Source: an uncultured Gemmatimonadaceae bacterium
GTDB lineage: Bacteria > Gemmatimonadota > Gemmatimonadetes > Gemmatimonadales > Gemmatimonadaceae
Length of the DNA stretch: 64,000 bases
Reading direction: 5' to 3'
NCBI GenBank assembly: GCA_963740355.1
Contig: CAVUDW010000003.1
Location: forward strand, 2,432,001-2,496,000
Made by a program: the position numbers and the translations under genes. The first letter of the stretch is position 1; each line of letters begins with the position of its first letter. The notes below the pieces were generated by a model. It worked only from the letters and a program-made list of their open reading frames with translations. It made no database searches and was not told the origin of the DNA. Positions 39,130-48,604 of the stretch are shown here, piece by piece.

Positions 39130-40000
39130 TTACTTCAGGGGCAACGGCACAATGCAAAACGGAAATGCCGCAGAACGGAACAGCAAATCGCAGGGGCGCA
39201 AAGGCGCAGCGAACTTCACGAAAGACCGCGAACGGCCTTGTCGCAAAACAGAAAACGGCGATACGGCAAACAGCCGCCAAACTGCCAACAGCCGCAAAAC
39301 TGCGTGTGCCGGACCTGGCTCATCGAACGTCCAGAGTCCTTCTCTGGAGGGAACTGCTCTCCCATCCAGCGTCAGGCTCCCCCGGCCTCGTCCAGCCCCA
39401 CACCGTCCTCACCCCGCGCACCCATCCGAGTCAGTCGCTGTTGCCCTTCTGCGGCTGTTCTGTTCTGCGGCTGTTCACTTCTGCGTTAAAGCAGTTGCCG
39501 TTCGCCGTCGCCGTTCCAAAACGAGGTCGCAGTTTTGCGGCTGTCGCCCCACCCCGCGGCTGACGCTGTACCGCGGCTCTCAGTTCTGCGTCAAAGCAGT
39601 TCGTAGTTGCCGTTCGCCGTTGCCGTTCCAAAGCGCCGTTGAAGTTCTGCGGCTGTCGCCCCACCCCGCGGCCGTCGCTGTACCGCGGCTCTCAGTTCTG
39701 CGTCAAAGCAGTTCGTAGTTGCCGTTCGCCGTTGCCGTTCCAAAGCGCCGTTGCAGTTCTGCGGCTGTCGCCCCACCCCGCGGCCGTCGCTGTACCGCGG
39801 TTCTCAGTTCTGCGTCAAAGCAGTTCGTAGTTGCCGTTCGCCGTTGCCGTTCCAAAACGCCGTTGCAGTTTGGCGGCTGTCGCCCCACCCGCGGCTGTCG
39901 CTGTACCGCGGTTTTCAGTTCCGCGTCACGGCAGTTCGTAGTTGCAGTTCTCCGCGCCTCCGCGTCTCTGCGATTCGCAGTTTCGCAGAGACGCAAAACA
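39130..40000. repeat. Family C region with ~112-bp tandem units
   Basis: Units begin at 39581, 39693, 39805 and 39916, with a partial copy at ~39478; opposite-orientation arm at 39140-39305. Confidence 0.9.
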
Positions 40001-40007
40001 AGAGCAC

Positions 40008-41684
40008 TCAGACGCGAACGAGCTTCTTGTACCGCACCCGATGCGGCTGGTCGGCGTCCGAACCCTTACGCCGCTTCAGATCCTCGATGTAAGCCTGGTA
40101 GTTGCCTTCGAACCAGACCGTCTCGGAATCACCTTCGAACGCCAGGATGTGCGTCGCGATTCGGTCAAGGAACCAACGATCGTGGCTGATCACCACCGCG
40201 CAGCCGCTGAAGTCGAGCAGCGCGTCTTCGAGCGCGCGCAGCGTGTCGACATCGAGGTCGTTGGTTGGTTCGTCGAGGAGCAACAGGTTGCCGCCGCTCA
40301 TCAGCGTCTTCGCGAGGAAGAGGCGATTCCGTTCACCGCCTGACAAATTCGCCACCAGCTTCTGCTGGTCCGCGCCGCGGAAGCCGAAGCCGCTCACGTA
40401 GGCGCGCGAGTTCAGTTCGCGCGTGCCAACCGGGATCATCTCGCGACGACCACTCACCTCTTCCCACACTGTGCGTGCACCATCCAGCGTACGCGTCTGG
40501 TCGCCGTAGCCGATCTGTACCGTCGAACCCAGCGTCAGTGAACCACCGTCCGGCTGCTCGGTGCCCGTGATCATGCGGAAAAGCGTCGTCTTGCCAGCGC
40601 CGTTCGGGCCGATGATGCCCACGATGCCAGCGCGCGGCAGGTCGAACGAGAGCTGGTCGTACAACAGCACGTCGCCGTAGCCCTTCTTCAGGTTCTTCGC
40701 GATCACGACGTCGGCACCAAGGCGCGGTGCGGGCGGAATCACGATTTCGTGATTGTACGCGCGCTCCTGACCCAGCTCGCCGGCCAGGTCTTCGTACGCC
40801 TGCAAGCGGGCCTTGTTCTTCGCCTGGCGCGCTTTCGGCGCCATCCGCACCCATTCCAGCTCGCGATCGAGCGTCTTCTGCTTCTGGCTCGCCTGCTTCT
40901 CTTCCGTCTTCAGGCGTGCCGCCTTCTGCTCCAGCCAGCCCGTGTAGTTCCCTTCCCACGGAATGCCCTTGCCTCGATCCAGCTCGAGGATGTACTGCGC
41001 CACGTTGTCGAGGAAGTATCGATCATGCGTGATCGCGATGACCGTTCCTGCGAATTCAGCGAGGTATCGTTCCAGCCACGCCACACTTTCCGCGTCGAGA
41101 TGGTTCGTCGGTTCATCGAGCAGCAGCATGTCCGGCTGCTCCAGCAGCACACGACAGAGCGCCACGCGACGACGTTCACCACCCGACAACACCGTCACGT
41201 CGGCATCCGGCGGCGGGCAGCGCAGCGCGTCCATCGCGATCTCGACCTTGTTGTCCAGGTTCCAGAGATCCATCGTGTCGATCTGCTCCTGCACCTTCGC
41301 CTGCTCGGCCAGCAGCTTGTCCATCGCCGCGTCGTCCATCGGCTCGCCGAAGGCCATGCTGATCTCATTGAAGCGATCGAGCAGGGCACGCTGCGCCTTC
41401 ACCGCAACTTCGACGTTGCCGCGCACATCGAGCGTCGGATCGAGCTGTGGTTCCTGCGGCAGGTAGCCGATGCGCGTGCCCTTGTGGGCCCACGCTTCGC
41501 CCTGAAACTCGGTGTCCACGCCGGCCATGATCCGCAGCAGCGAGCTCTTGCCCGCGCCGTTGCCGCCGAGCACGCCGATTTTCGCGCCCGGGTAGAACGA
41601 GAGCCAGATGTCGTCGAGGATGACCTTCGAAGGCTGAACCACCTTCTTCAGGCCCTTCATGACGTAAATGAACTGTGGAGCCAC
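40008..41684 (-). CDS. ettA: Energy-dependent translational throttle ABC-F ATPase
   Basis: LSFYPGAKIGVLGGNGAGKS; two ABC domains; ELEWVR...KARQAKNKARL linker; PHRVRYKKL. Confidence 0.96.
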   Translation of the reverse strand: MAPQFIYVMKGLKKVVQPSKVILDDIWLSFYPGAKIGVLGGNGAGKSSLLRIMAGVDTEFQGEAWAHKGTRIGYLPQEPQLDPTLDVRGNVEVAVKAQRALLDRFNEISMAFGEPMDDAAMDKLLAEQAKVQEQIDTMDLWNLDNKVEIAMDALRCPPPDADVTVLSGGERRRVALCRVLLEQPDMLLLDEPTNHLDAESVAWLERYLAEFAGTVIAITHDRYFLDNVAQYILELDRGKGIPWEGNYTGWLEQKAARLKTEEKQASQKQKTLDRELEWVRMAPKARQAKNKARLQAYEDLAGELGQERAYNHEIVIPPAPRLGADVVIAKNLKKGYGDVLLYDQLSFDLPRAGIVGIIGPNGAGKTTLFRMITGTEQPDGGSLTLGSTVQIGYGDQTRTLDGARTVWEEVSGRREMIPVGTRELNSRAYVSGFGFRGADQQKLVANLSGGERNRLFLAKTLMSGGNLLLLDEPTNDLDVDTLRALEDALLDFSGCAVVISHDRWFLDRIATHILAFEGDSETVWFEGNYQAYIEDLKRRKGSDADQPHRVRYKKLVRV

Positions 41685-41800
41685 GGGTCTCTTGGGAATG
41701 CGGAAATGGCATGGGGCGTCGGCGCCGGGGAGGGCGCGCTGCCACGAACCCACAAGTTAGCGCCCACGACCAGCGGGCAACGCGGCGCGCCCCGCCGATG

Positions 41801-42024
41801 GAGATCTCAATCAGGATCTCGAGCAGGATCTCGAGCAGGATCTTGATCAAGACCTCTGACCCCTTGATCGGAGGCTAACCCCATGGCAGCAAACGGCTTC
41901 CGCCCACTATTCGCCCGATCAAGATCTCTGACCCCTTGATCGGAGCCTAAGTCCATACCCCCCAACACCTTCCGCGCCGCATCCGCCGTACACCCACCGA
42001 CCAAGATCTCTGACCCCTTGATCG
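41801..42024 (-). repeat. Family D array (3 copies, dissimilar spacers) preceded by 12-bp tandem GATCTCGAGCAG
   Basis: Cores at ~41845, 41917 and 41999. Confidence 0.85.
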
Positions 42025-42114
42025 CCCGACCGCCACGGGCTCACGGATCTTGCCCCCGGCACCAGCAATCGGCCCCGGGCGTACGTACCTTCGGCTCACC
42101 TCTCCCGAACCCAA

Positions 42115-42837
42115 GTGTCCGTGGACTTCTCGAATATCCAGGCGCAGCTCGGCGGCTCGCCGCTGAGCGCGATCCCGATCGTTTTCCTCGCCGGCGTGCT
42201 GACCTCACTCACGCCCTGCATCTACCCGATGATCCCCATCACCGCGGCGATCGTGGGCGGGGCCCAGTCGGCCAGCGGCGGCGCCAGCAAGCGGCGGACC
42301 CTTGGACTGACAATGGCGTATGTGTTCGGGCTGGCTCTGGTGTACTCGGTCCTCGGACTGATCGCCGGCCTGTCTGGCAGCATGTTCGGAGAGATCAGCA
42401 CCAACCCGTGGCTCTACTTCGCCATGGCCAACGTCCTTCTGCTCGCCGCCCTGAGCATGCTGGACGTGTTGCCGATCCGGCTCCCGAACTGGCTCCTGAC
42501 CCGCGCCACCAACGCGGGACAGAACGGCGGCTTCATAGGCGCCTTCGTGATGGGCGCGATGTCCGGCCTGGTGGCAGCCCCCTGCGGCGCCCCGGTCATG
42601 GCCAGCGTCCTCACCTGGGTCGCCACCACCAAATCCGCCGTCCTCGGCTTCATCTACCTGTTCGTCTTTTCGCTCGGCATGTGCTCCCTGCTCGTCGTCG
42701 TCGGCCTCGCCTCCGGCGCCTCCAGTAAACTCCCCCGCAGCGGCGCGTGGATGCTGTGGGTGAAACGGATCTTCGCCGTGCTCATGATCGGCGTCGCCGA
42801 GTACTACCTGATCGAGATGGGCAAGCTGCTCTTCTAG
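42115..42837 (+). CDS. ccdA: CcdA/DsbD transmembrane domain protein
   Basis: LTSLTPCIYPMIP and AAPCGAP cysteine motifs. Confidence 0.88.
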   Translation: MSVDFSNIQAQLGGSPLSAIPIVFLAGVLTSLTPCIYPMIPITAAIVGGAQSASGGASKRRTLGLTMAYVFGLALVYSVLGLIAGLSGSMFGEISTNPWLYFAMANVLLLAALSMLDVLPIRLPNWLLTRATNAGQNGGFIGAFVMGAMSGLVAAPCGAPVMASVLTWVATTKSAVLGFIYLFVFSLGMCSLLVVVGLASGASSKLPRSGAWMLWVKRIFAVLMIGVAEYYLIEMGKLLF

Positions 42838-42881
42838 CTTTTCGAATCTTGCTGTTCGAAGATCATCACACTCAACCACGA

Positions 42882-43385
42882 ATGACGATGTCCTTGCCCT
42901 TTGTCCGTCGACTGGCCCTCTCGGCAGCAATTGCAGCGCCGGCGTTGCTGCGCGCGCAGGAAGCGGGGATTCCGGTCGGGAACGTGGCACCGAATGCCAC
43001 CGTGCAGGCGCTCGACGGTCGACCGGTGCAGCTCTCGCAGTGGATCGGCAAGATGCCCGTGGTGCTCGAGTTCTGGGCCACCTGGTGCAGCAACTGCAAG
43101 GCGCTCGAGCCGGAGATGGTCAAGGTGTCGAAGACCTTCGGGCGCCAGGTGAAGTTCGTCGGTGTCGCGGTCAGCGCGAATCAGACCCCCGAGCGCGTGA
43201 AGCGCTACATGCAGGTGCATCCGACGGGCGTCGAGATGTTGTATGACCGCACTGGCACCGCCGTCGATGCGTATGACGTGCCGGCCACCAGCTACGTGGT
43301 CGTGATCGATCGCGCCGGCAAGGTTGTTTACACAGGGAGCGGTGGTACACAGGACCTGACGGCAGCGATTCGAAAGGCGTTGTGA
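42882..43385 (+). CDS. TlpA-like exported disulfide reductase
   Basis: Signal peptide; LEFWATWCSNC; DVPATSYVVVIDRAG. Confidence 0.9.
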   Translation: MTMSLPFVRRLALSAAIAAPALLRAQEAGIPVGNVAPNATVQALDGRPVQLSQWIGKMPVVLEFWATWCSNCKALEPEMVKVSKTFGRQVKFVGVAVSANQTPERVKRYMQVHPTGVEMLYDRTGTAVDAYDVPATSYVVVIDRAGKVVYTGSGGTQDLTAAIRKAL

Positions 43386-43435
43386 TCGCATCTTGATCGG
43401 GCACACCTTCGCCGACGTCGCACAGATGGAATGAC

Positions 43436-43479
43436 GAAAGACCGGCCCGCTCGATGTTCCGAGCGGGCCGGTCTTTTTT
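43436..43479 (+). terminator. Rho-independent terminator
   Basis: aaagaccggcccgctcg...cgagcgggccggtctttttt. Confidence 0.9.
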
Positions 43480-43554
43480 GCATTCGTTGCCCTGTTCTCA
43501 ACCTGCCGATTGGATCACCGCATCATCCTTCACGACGCGGTGACCCGACCATCA

Positions 43555-44997
43555 TCAGCAGCCCGGGCCCTTGAGCGTGGCATCGAGCGGAGCGCGGTAC
43601 AGGCACTCGGCCTGCGGCACCGGCTGCACCTTGATGCGGAAGTGACCCGGCACGTCGAGCGGCAACGTGTTCAGGCGACCGTACTTGCGCACGTCCACCC
43701 AACGGCTCCCTTCCCACAGCAGCGAGTAACGCTTCTCGTAGAGCAGCGCCGTCAGTGCAGCGTTGGCATCAGCAAAGGCGCCCAGTGGTGCCAGGCCGCC
43801 GCTGTTCACACGGATGTAGTTGATGTCCGTGAGTGCCGCGCCAAGGTTGCCGAGACCGATGTTTGCTTCCGCGCGAAGAAGGATGAGTTCTTCGTTACGG
43901 ATGATCGGCAGCGGCGTGACGTTGCTCGGGTACATCTTGAAGCCGACCGTCGTCGGCACACCAGCCGACGCGCCGCCCGGAGGTGACTTGGCCGGAATCG
44001 TCTGCGTCTTGGCACCGACGCGAAGATCGACGACTGCGCCGTTCGTCTGCGCATCAGCCACGATCGAGGCGTGGGCGACCTGGTCAGGCGAGACCGGGTT
44101 GCTCAAGCCGTTCAGTGCATCGCCCGCGGCGGACGAATACACATGGTACGCACCGGCGCGCAGATCGGCGCCAGCGGCCGAGTTCAGGAAGCTCGCGTTC
44201 AGGGCGGCCAGCGCCTCCGTGAAGCGCGCGCTGCCGCCACCAAGCACACCGTAGTTGATCAGGTAGCGTGCCGCGATCGCTCGGTTGAACTTGAGGAAGT
44301 TCGCCGGCGTGTTGAGCCCGGCGAATCCTGTCGTCAGCGTGAACGGGAACGCCGTGCCACCCGCAGCCAGGTCAGCGGCAGCGGAGTTGATCATCGCAAT
44401 GCCGAACTTGAAGGCGGAGTCGCGGCTGACGAACGGCTGTGGCTTGTTGGTCGAGTCGTCGATCGCGACCGGGATACCGATCGAATCGCGCTGCGACAAC
44501 AGGTAGAACACCTGCATCGCACGGAACGTGTTCGCAAAGCCACGCGCTGCGCTCTTCTCCGACGCCGTCAGGAACCCGGCATTGTCGGTGATTTTGATGA
44601 AGTTGATCGCGTTGCGCATGTTCACGAAACGGTTCGTCCAACCGCCGGCGGCGAAGCCGGCGTTGTCGATCTGCGCTGCGGCCAGGTAGTTGGACGTCGA
44701 GCGTCCGTCCGTCTGGAAGTAGTTGTACGACTCGCGACCGAAGATGCCCGCATCGCTGTAGTAGCCGGTGAGGCCCGCCCGCTCCTGGATCAGGATGCCG
44801 CTCGCCAGGTTCTGGACGAGGGCCTTGTCAGGGGTGGTGGTCGTCGCGACCGAGTTGTAGTTCGGAACGTTCAGCGCGTCGGCGTTACACCCTGCAAGCA
44901 GGACTACTGCAACGGCCGCAGCGACAGAGTGGCGAATCATGCCGTCACCGAGTCGGAAGGTTGAGCGCAGCGAAGCTGCGAAATGATGTGTCGTCAT
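43555..44997 (-). CDS. SusD/RagB family lipoprotein (copy 1)
   Basis: Lipobox LAGC; IIRNEELILLRAEA; LLYEKRYSLLWEGSRWVDVRK. Confidence 0.9.
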   Translation of the reverse strand: MTTHHFAASLRSTFRLGDGMIRHSVAAAVAVVLLAGCNADALNVPNYNSVATTTTPDKALVQNLASGILIQERAGLTGYYSDAGIFGRESYNYFQTDGRSTSNYLAAAQIDNAGFAAGGWTNRFVNMRNAINFIKITDNAGFLTASEKSAARGFANTFRAMQVFYLLSQRDSIGIPVAIDDSTNKPQPFVSRDSAFKFGIAMINSAAADLAAGGTAFPFTLTTGFAGLNTPANFLKFNRAIAARYLINYGVLGGGSARFTEALAALNASFLNSAAGADLRAGAYHVYSSAAGDALNGLSNPVSPDQVAHASIVADAQTNGAVVDLRVGAKTQTIPAKSPPGGASAGVPTTVGFKMYPSNVTPLPIIRNEELILLRAEANIGLGNLGAALTDINYIRVNSGGLAPLGAFADANAALTALLYEKRYSLLWEGSRWVDVRKYGRLNTLPLDVPGHFRIKVQPVPQAECLYRAPLDATLKGPGC

Positions 44998-45000
44998 GGC

Positions 45001-48000
45001 TTAGAACCCGAAGTCCACGCCGAACGAGAAGTTCTTCGTCGGAGGGAATGGCGCCAGGTCGACGAAACGGCCGACGTTGTTGCTGCCGAAGTTGTTCACT
45101 TCGGGATCGGCGCCCCAGTACTTGGTCCAGGTGTGCAGGTTACGACCGGTCAGGTTCAGGCGCACATCGCTGAAGCGCGTACCGAGGTAGCGCTGCGTGA
45201 ACTTCGCCGGCACGGCGTAGGTCAGCGACACTTCGCGGAGCTTCACGAAGCTGCCATCCTGCACGTAGGACGTCGCATTGCGACCGCCATTCCACAAGTC
45301 GTAGCGGTACTCACCGAGGATCGCGGTCGCCGACGTGTCGACGTAGCTGATCAGGTTCGTGCCATTGCTCTTGCGGCACATGATCATCGTGCTCGAGCCA
45401 TTGCGGCACGGCGACGGCGCATCGTAGTCGCGCGAGTTTTGTCCTTCGTCAAACAGGTTGTTCGACAGGTTCGACAGGTCACCGCCCTTGCGCCAGTCGA
45501 GCTGGATGCCGAGCGAGAAGCGACCGACCGTGAAGTTGTTCGAGAAGAACATTTCATGGTCCGGCGTTGCTTCACCGACGATCGTGTCACGCGTGATGAC
45601 CGAGTCCGGCAGGCCCGTGCGGGCGATGAAGATCGGCTTGTTGCCCCAGATCGCCGTCGTGCTCACACCCTGTGCGATACGGGCGCGACCGAACGCAGCG
45701 CCGAAGCCCGTGCTGGCGGCGTTGAACGTTGCGATCGGCAACGATTCCACCTTGTTCTTGATCTTCTGGAACGAGGTGCGTGACACCCAGCTGAAGCCCT
45801 TGGTGCGAATCGGCTCGATCGTGACAGCGACTTCACTGCCCTTGTTACGCAGCAGGCCGCCGTTGAAGAACTCGGTCGAGATACCGCTCGAGAGGGCCAA
45901 CGGACGCTGCAGGAACTGATCCTTGATCTTGGCGTCGAAGTACGTGAATTCGACACCGACGCGACCATTGAAGCCGCGAGCATCGAAGCCGTACTCGGTC
46001 TCCTGCTTCCGCTCGGGGAAGATGTTCGGGTTGCCCAGCAAACCGTTCACACCGAGACCGTTGCCGCCATTGATCAGGCCCGTGCCCGAGAGCGTGATGA
46101 AACGGGCGCCGTACGTCGGACGGTTACCCGTCTCGCCCCAGGAGGCGCGGAGCTTGAATTCATCGAGGTGCGGCAGCGCATTCACGAAGCGATACGAACC
46201 CTGCACGGCCGGGTAGGTATAGAACTTCTTGAAGTCGCCGTTGTCGCTCGAGCGGTCGCCGCGAAGGCTGCCGGCGAGATACAGCTTCTCGTCGAACGCC
46301 AGGATCGACTGCTGCACGTACCAGGCCTGGTCGATTTCCTTCGACTTGCCCTGCGTCGTGGCCTGCGTGCCCTGGTTCACATTCGTGATGCCCGGGATCA
46401 GGCCGCGGGCCTGTACGCGATAGCTGTTCAAGCGCTGCTGTTCTTCCGTGATGCCAGCCACAGTGCTGAGCGAGAACGGCATGTTCGACGGCGTGAAGTC
46501 GTACGACAGGCTCAGGCGCTGGTTCAACTGGCGGCTGATTGCGTTCGACTGCACCGCGGTACCGAGCAGGCCGTCATTGCCTTCGTACTGCAGGAAGTTC
46601 GGGCTGTAGATCTGGTTGTCCTGATCGAAGCGATCGATTCCGGCCAGGTATTCAAAGCGGAGGCGGTTCGCCGCGCTCTGCAGGGCCTGGAACGACACCG
46701 AGCCGGCACCGATGAAGCGGTTCACGTCTTCGGTGTTCTTGATGTACGTGAAGGTCGCGAACGGGTTCGAGCCCGTCACACCACCACCACCGGCGTACGG
46801 ATTGACCGGGAAGTTCCCCTGGGCATCGCGCGTGCGCTGGTCGAAGAAGCTCGGCGTGTACCCGAAGTTGTAGCCCGGGCTGGTGTTCGAGTTGTCGTTG
46901 TTCGAGATCGCACGATTGGCATTGTTGCGCGTGATGCCAAGATCGAGCTTTGCCGACAAGCGGCTCGACACGTTGTGGTCGATGTTGATGCGGGCGTTGT
47001 CGCGGAGTGCGTTGGTGTTGATCGCAATGCCGCCTTCCAACTGCCGGCTCACCGACGCCAGGTAGCGCGTGCCACCATCGGCCGTGCCACCGCTCACAGA
47101 GAGGGCGGAGTTGTAGCCGAAGCCCTTCTCACCGAACAGCTGGGCCGAGAAGTCGTTGTACGGAATCGTGTTGCCATTCGCCGCGTAGATCTGACGGAAG
47201 ATCGCTTCGCCATTCGGGCCACCGAAGTTTCCGGCGGCTGCGAGGGCGGAGGTCGTGTCCGTGAAGCGACGCTGGCCAACCGTGCGCAAGGCGGTCGACT
47301 GCCCGACGCGCTGGCTGAACGACCACTTCGGCGCACCCGCCTTGCCGCGCTTGGTGGTGATCAGCACGACACCATTCGTTGCACGCGAGCCGTAGAGCGA
47401 GGCGGCCGCGGCGCCCTTCAGCACCTGGATATCCTCGATTTCCGACGGGTTCATGTCGGCCAGGCGGTTCGTCGGGTTGTCCTGGTTGGTGGCGATACCA
47501 CCACCGGCACCCGTGATCGAGTTGGCACCGCTCGAGATCGATGTGTTCGACATGATGACGCCGTCGATCACGAACAGCGGCTGGCCGTTGCCAAGGATCG
47601 ACGTCACGCCGCGAATCTGGATCTGACCACCGCCGCCTGGGGCGCCGGAGTTCAGATTGATGCGCGCACCGACCACCTTGCCCTGCAACGCCTGGTCGAG
47701 TGAGTTCGACGGCACCGCCGCCAACGCTTCACCGCCGACCGAGACCACGGCCGTGGCCGCGTTCTTCCGTTCCAGCGTACCCTGCTGGCCCGTCACCACG
47801 ATGCCTTCCAACTGCAGCACGTCCTTCTTCATCACCACATCGGCGCTGCTGCTCGCAGCAGGAACCAGCACCGTCTTCAGTGTGTACCCGATACGACGAA
47901 CACGCAGAGACACGGCGCCGTTCGGCACCATCAACGAGTAGACACCGGCATCATTCGTGTAGGCACCGATCGTGGTGCCGACGAGCTGCACGCTCACGTT

Positions 48001-48123
48001 GCTGAGCGGTGAACCGCTCCCTTCCTCTGTCACCTTGCCGCTGATGCGCCGCTGCGCCAGCAGCTCGCCTGCCGCTAGCGCCAACAGCGCTAGTACGGTG
48101 GCTCCCCGACGGATGAGACCCAC
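45001..48123 (-). CDS. SusC/RagA TonB-linked outer membrane protein (copy 1)
   Basis: PLFVIDGV; IEDIQVLKGAAAASLYGSRATNGVVLITTKRG; C-terminal Phe; GTG 48123 with GGAGGA SD. Confidence 0.95.
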   Translation of the reverse strand: MGLIRRGATVLALLALAAGELLAQRRISGKVTEEGSGSPLSNVSVQLVGTTIGAYTNDAGVYSLMVPNGAVSLRVRRIGYTLKTVLVPAASSSADVVMKKDVLQLEGIVVTGQQGTLERKNAATAVVSVGGEALAAVPSNSLDQALQGKVVGARINLNSGAPGGGGQIQIRGVTSILGNGQPLFVIDGVIMSNTSISSGANSITGAGGGIATNQDNPTNRLADMNPSEIEDIQVLKGAAAASLYGSRATNGVVLITTKRGKAGAPKWSFSQRVGQSTALRTVGQRRFTDTTSALAAAGNFGGPNGEAIFRQIYAANGNTIPYNDFSAQLFGEKGFGYNSALSVSGGTADGGTRYLASVSRQLEGGIAINTNALRDNARINIDHNVSSRLSAKLDLGITRNNANRAISNNDNSNTSPGYNFGYTPSFFDQRTRDAQGNFPVNPYAGGGGVTGSNPFATFTYIKNTEDVNRFIGAGSVSFQALQSAANRLRFEYLAGIDRFDQDNQIYSPNFLQYEGNDGLLGTAVQSNAISRQLNQRLSLSYDFTPSNMPFSLSTVAGITEEQQRLNSYRVQARGLIPGITNVNQGTQATTQGKSKEIDQAWYVQQSILAFDEKLYLAGSLRGDRSSDNGDFKKFYTYPAVQGSYRFVNALPHLDEFKLRASWGETGNRPTYGARFITLSGTGLINGGNGLGVNGLLGNPNIFPERKQETEYGFDARGFNGRVGVEFTYFDAKIKDQFLQRPLALSSGISTEFFNGGLLRNKGSEVAVTIEPIRTKGFSWVSRTSFQKIKNKVESLPIATFNAASTGFGAAFGRARIAQGVSTTAIWGNKPIFIARTGLPDSVITRDTIVGEATPDHEMFFSNNFTVGRFSLGIQLDWRKGGDLSNLSNNLFDEGQNSRDYDAPSPCRNGSSTMIMCRKSNGTNLISYVDTSATAILGEYRYDLWNGGRNATSYVQDGSFVKLREVSLTYAVPAKFTQRYLGTRFSDVRLNLTGRNLHTWTKYWGADPEVNNFGSNNVGRFVDLAPFPPTKNFSFGVDFGF

Positions 48124-48213
48124 GGATCCTCCTCCCCAATTGATGTCTGGACTGCCGCCGCAACGATGCGGCACGGCCAGACGGCCGTGCTATATCAGAA
48201 GTGGCTGGGGGTG

Positions 48214-48242
48214 AGATTGGCGCGTGGCAATCGTCGTGTCAA
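48214..48242 (-). promoter_or_regulatory. Candidate promoter of susC copy 1
   Basis: TTGACA-17bp-CAATCT. Confidence 0.55.
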
Positions 48243-48604
48243 CAAATTCGTGACCGTAAAGAGCTGTTATTACAGCCGCTTGCTCGCAGTCCCGTGACCT
48301 TTTCCCTCTAAGAAATATCACAGGCGGCACATTTTGCCGCCCGTGGTACTCAGGAATGGGCAGCGCAGAATCAAGGTCTCGGCCCTCCCGGCTGCCTCCC
48401 GTCGCCGGCTCGGCAGCCGGACTCTGGCGAAACGAGAGGCGGCCCTGACGTGTGATACGTCAGGACCGCCTCTCGTTCTTCCGTACGCACTGTCTTGCGA
48501 AATCGCAGCGATTTCAACGATCGAACCTGCCATCTCAAGACGACGAGACGTCCGCCGTCTCGCGCCACACCGGAATCAGGTCATCCGGTGTGGCACGAGA
48601 AACA

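Noticed and set aside
41845..42024. Mini-CRISPR with unique spacers
   Set aside because: Only three copies with unequal spacers, and it is the same dispersed family D repeat
43510..43557. Selenocysteine readthrough at SusD TGC-TGA followed by a hairpin
   Set aside because: Copy 1 has TGA TGA, and the sequence after the stop is not conserved between copies; more likely a 3' stability or terminator hairpin
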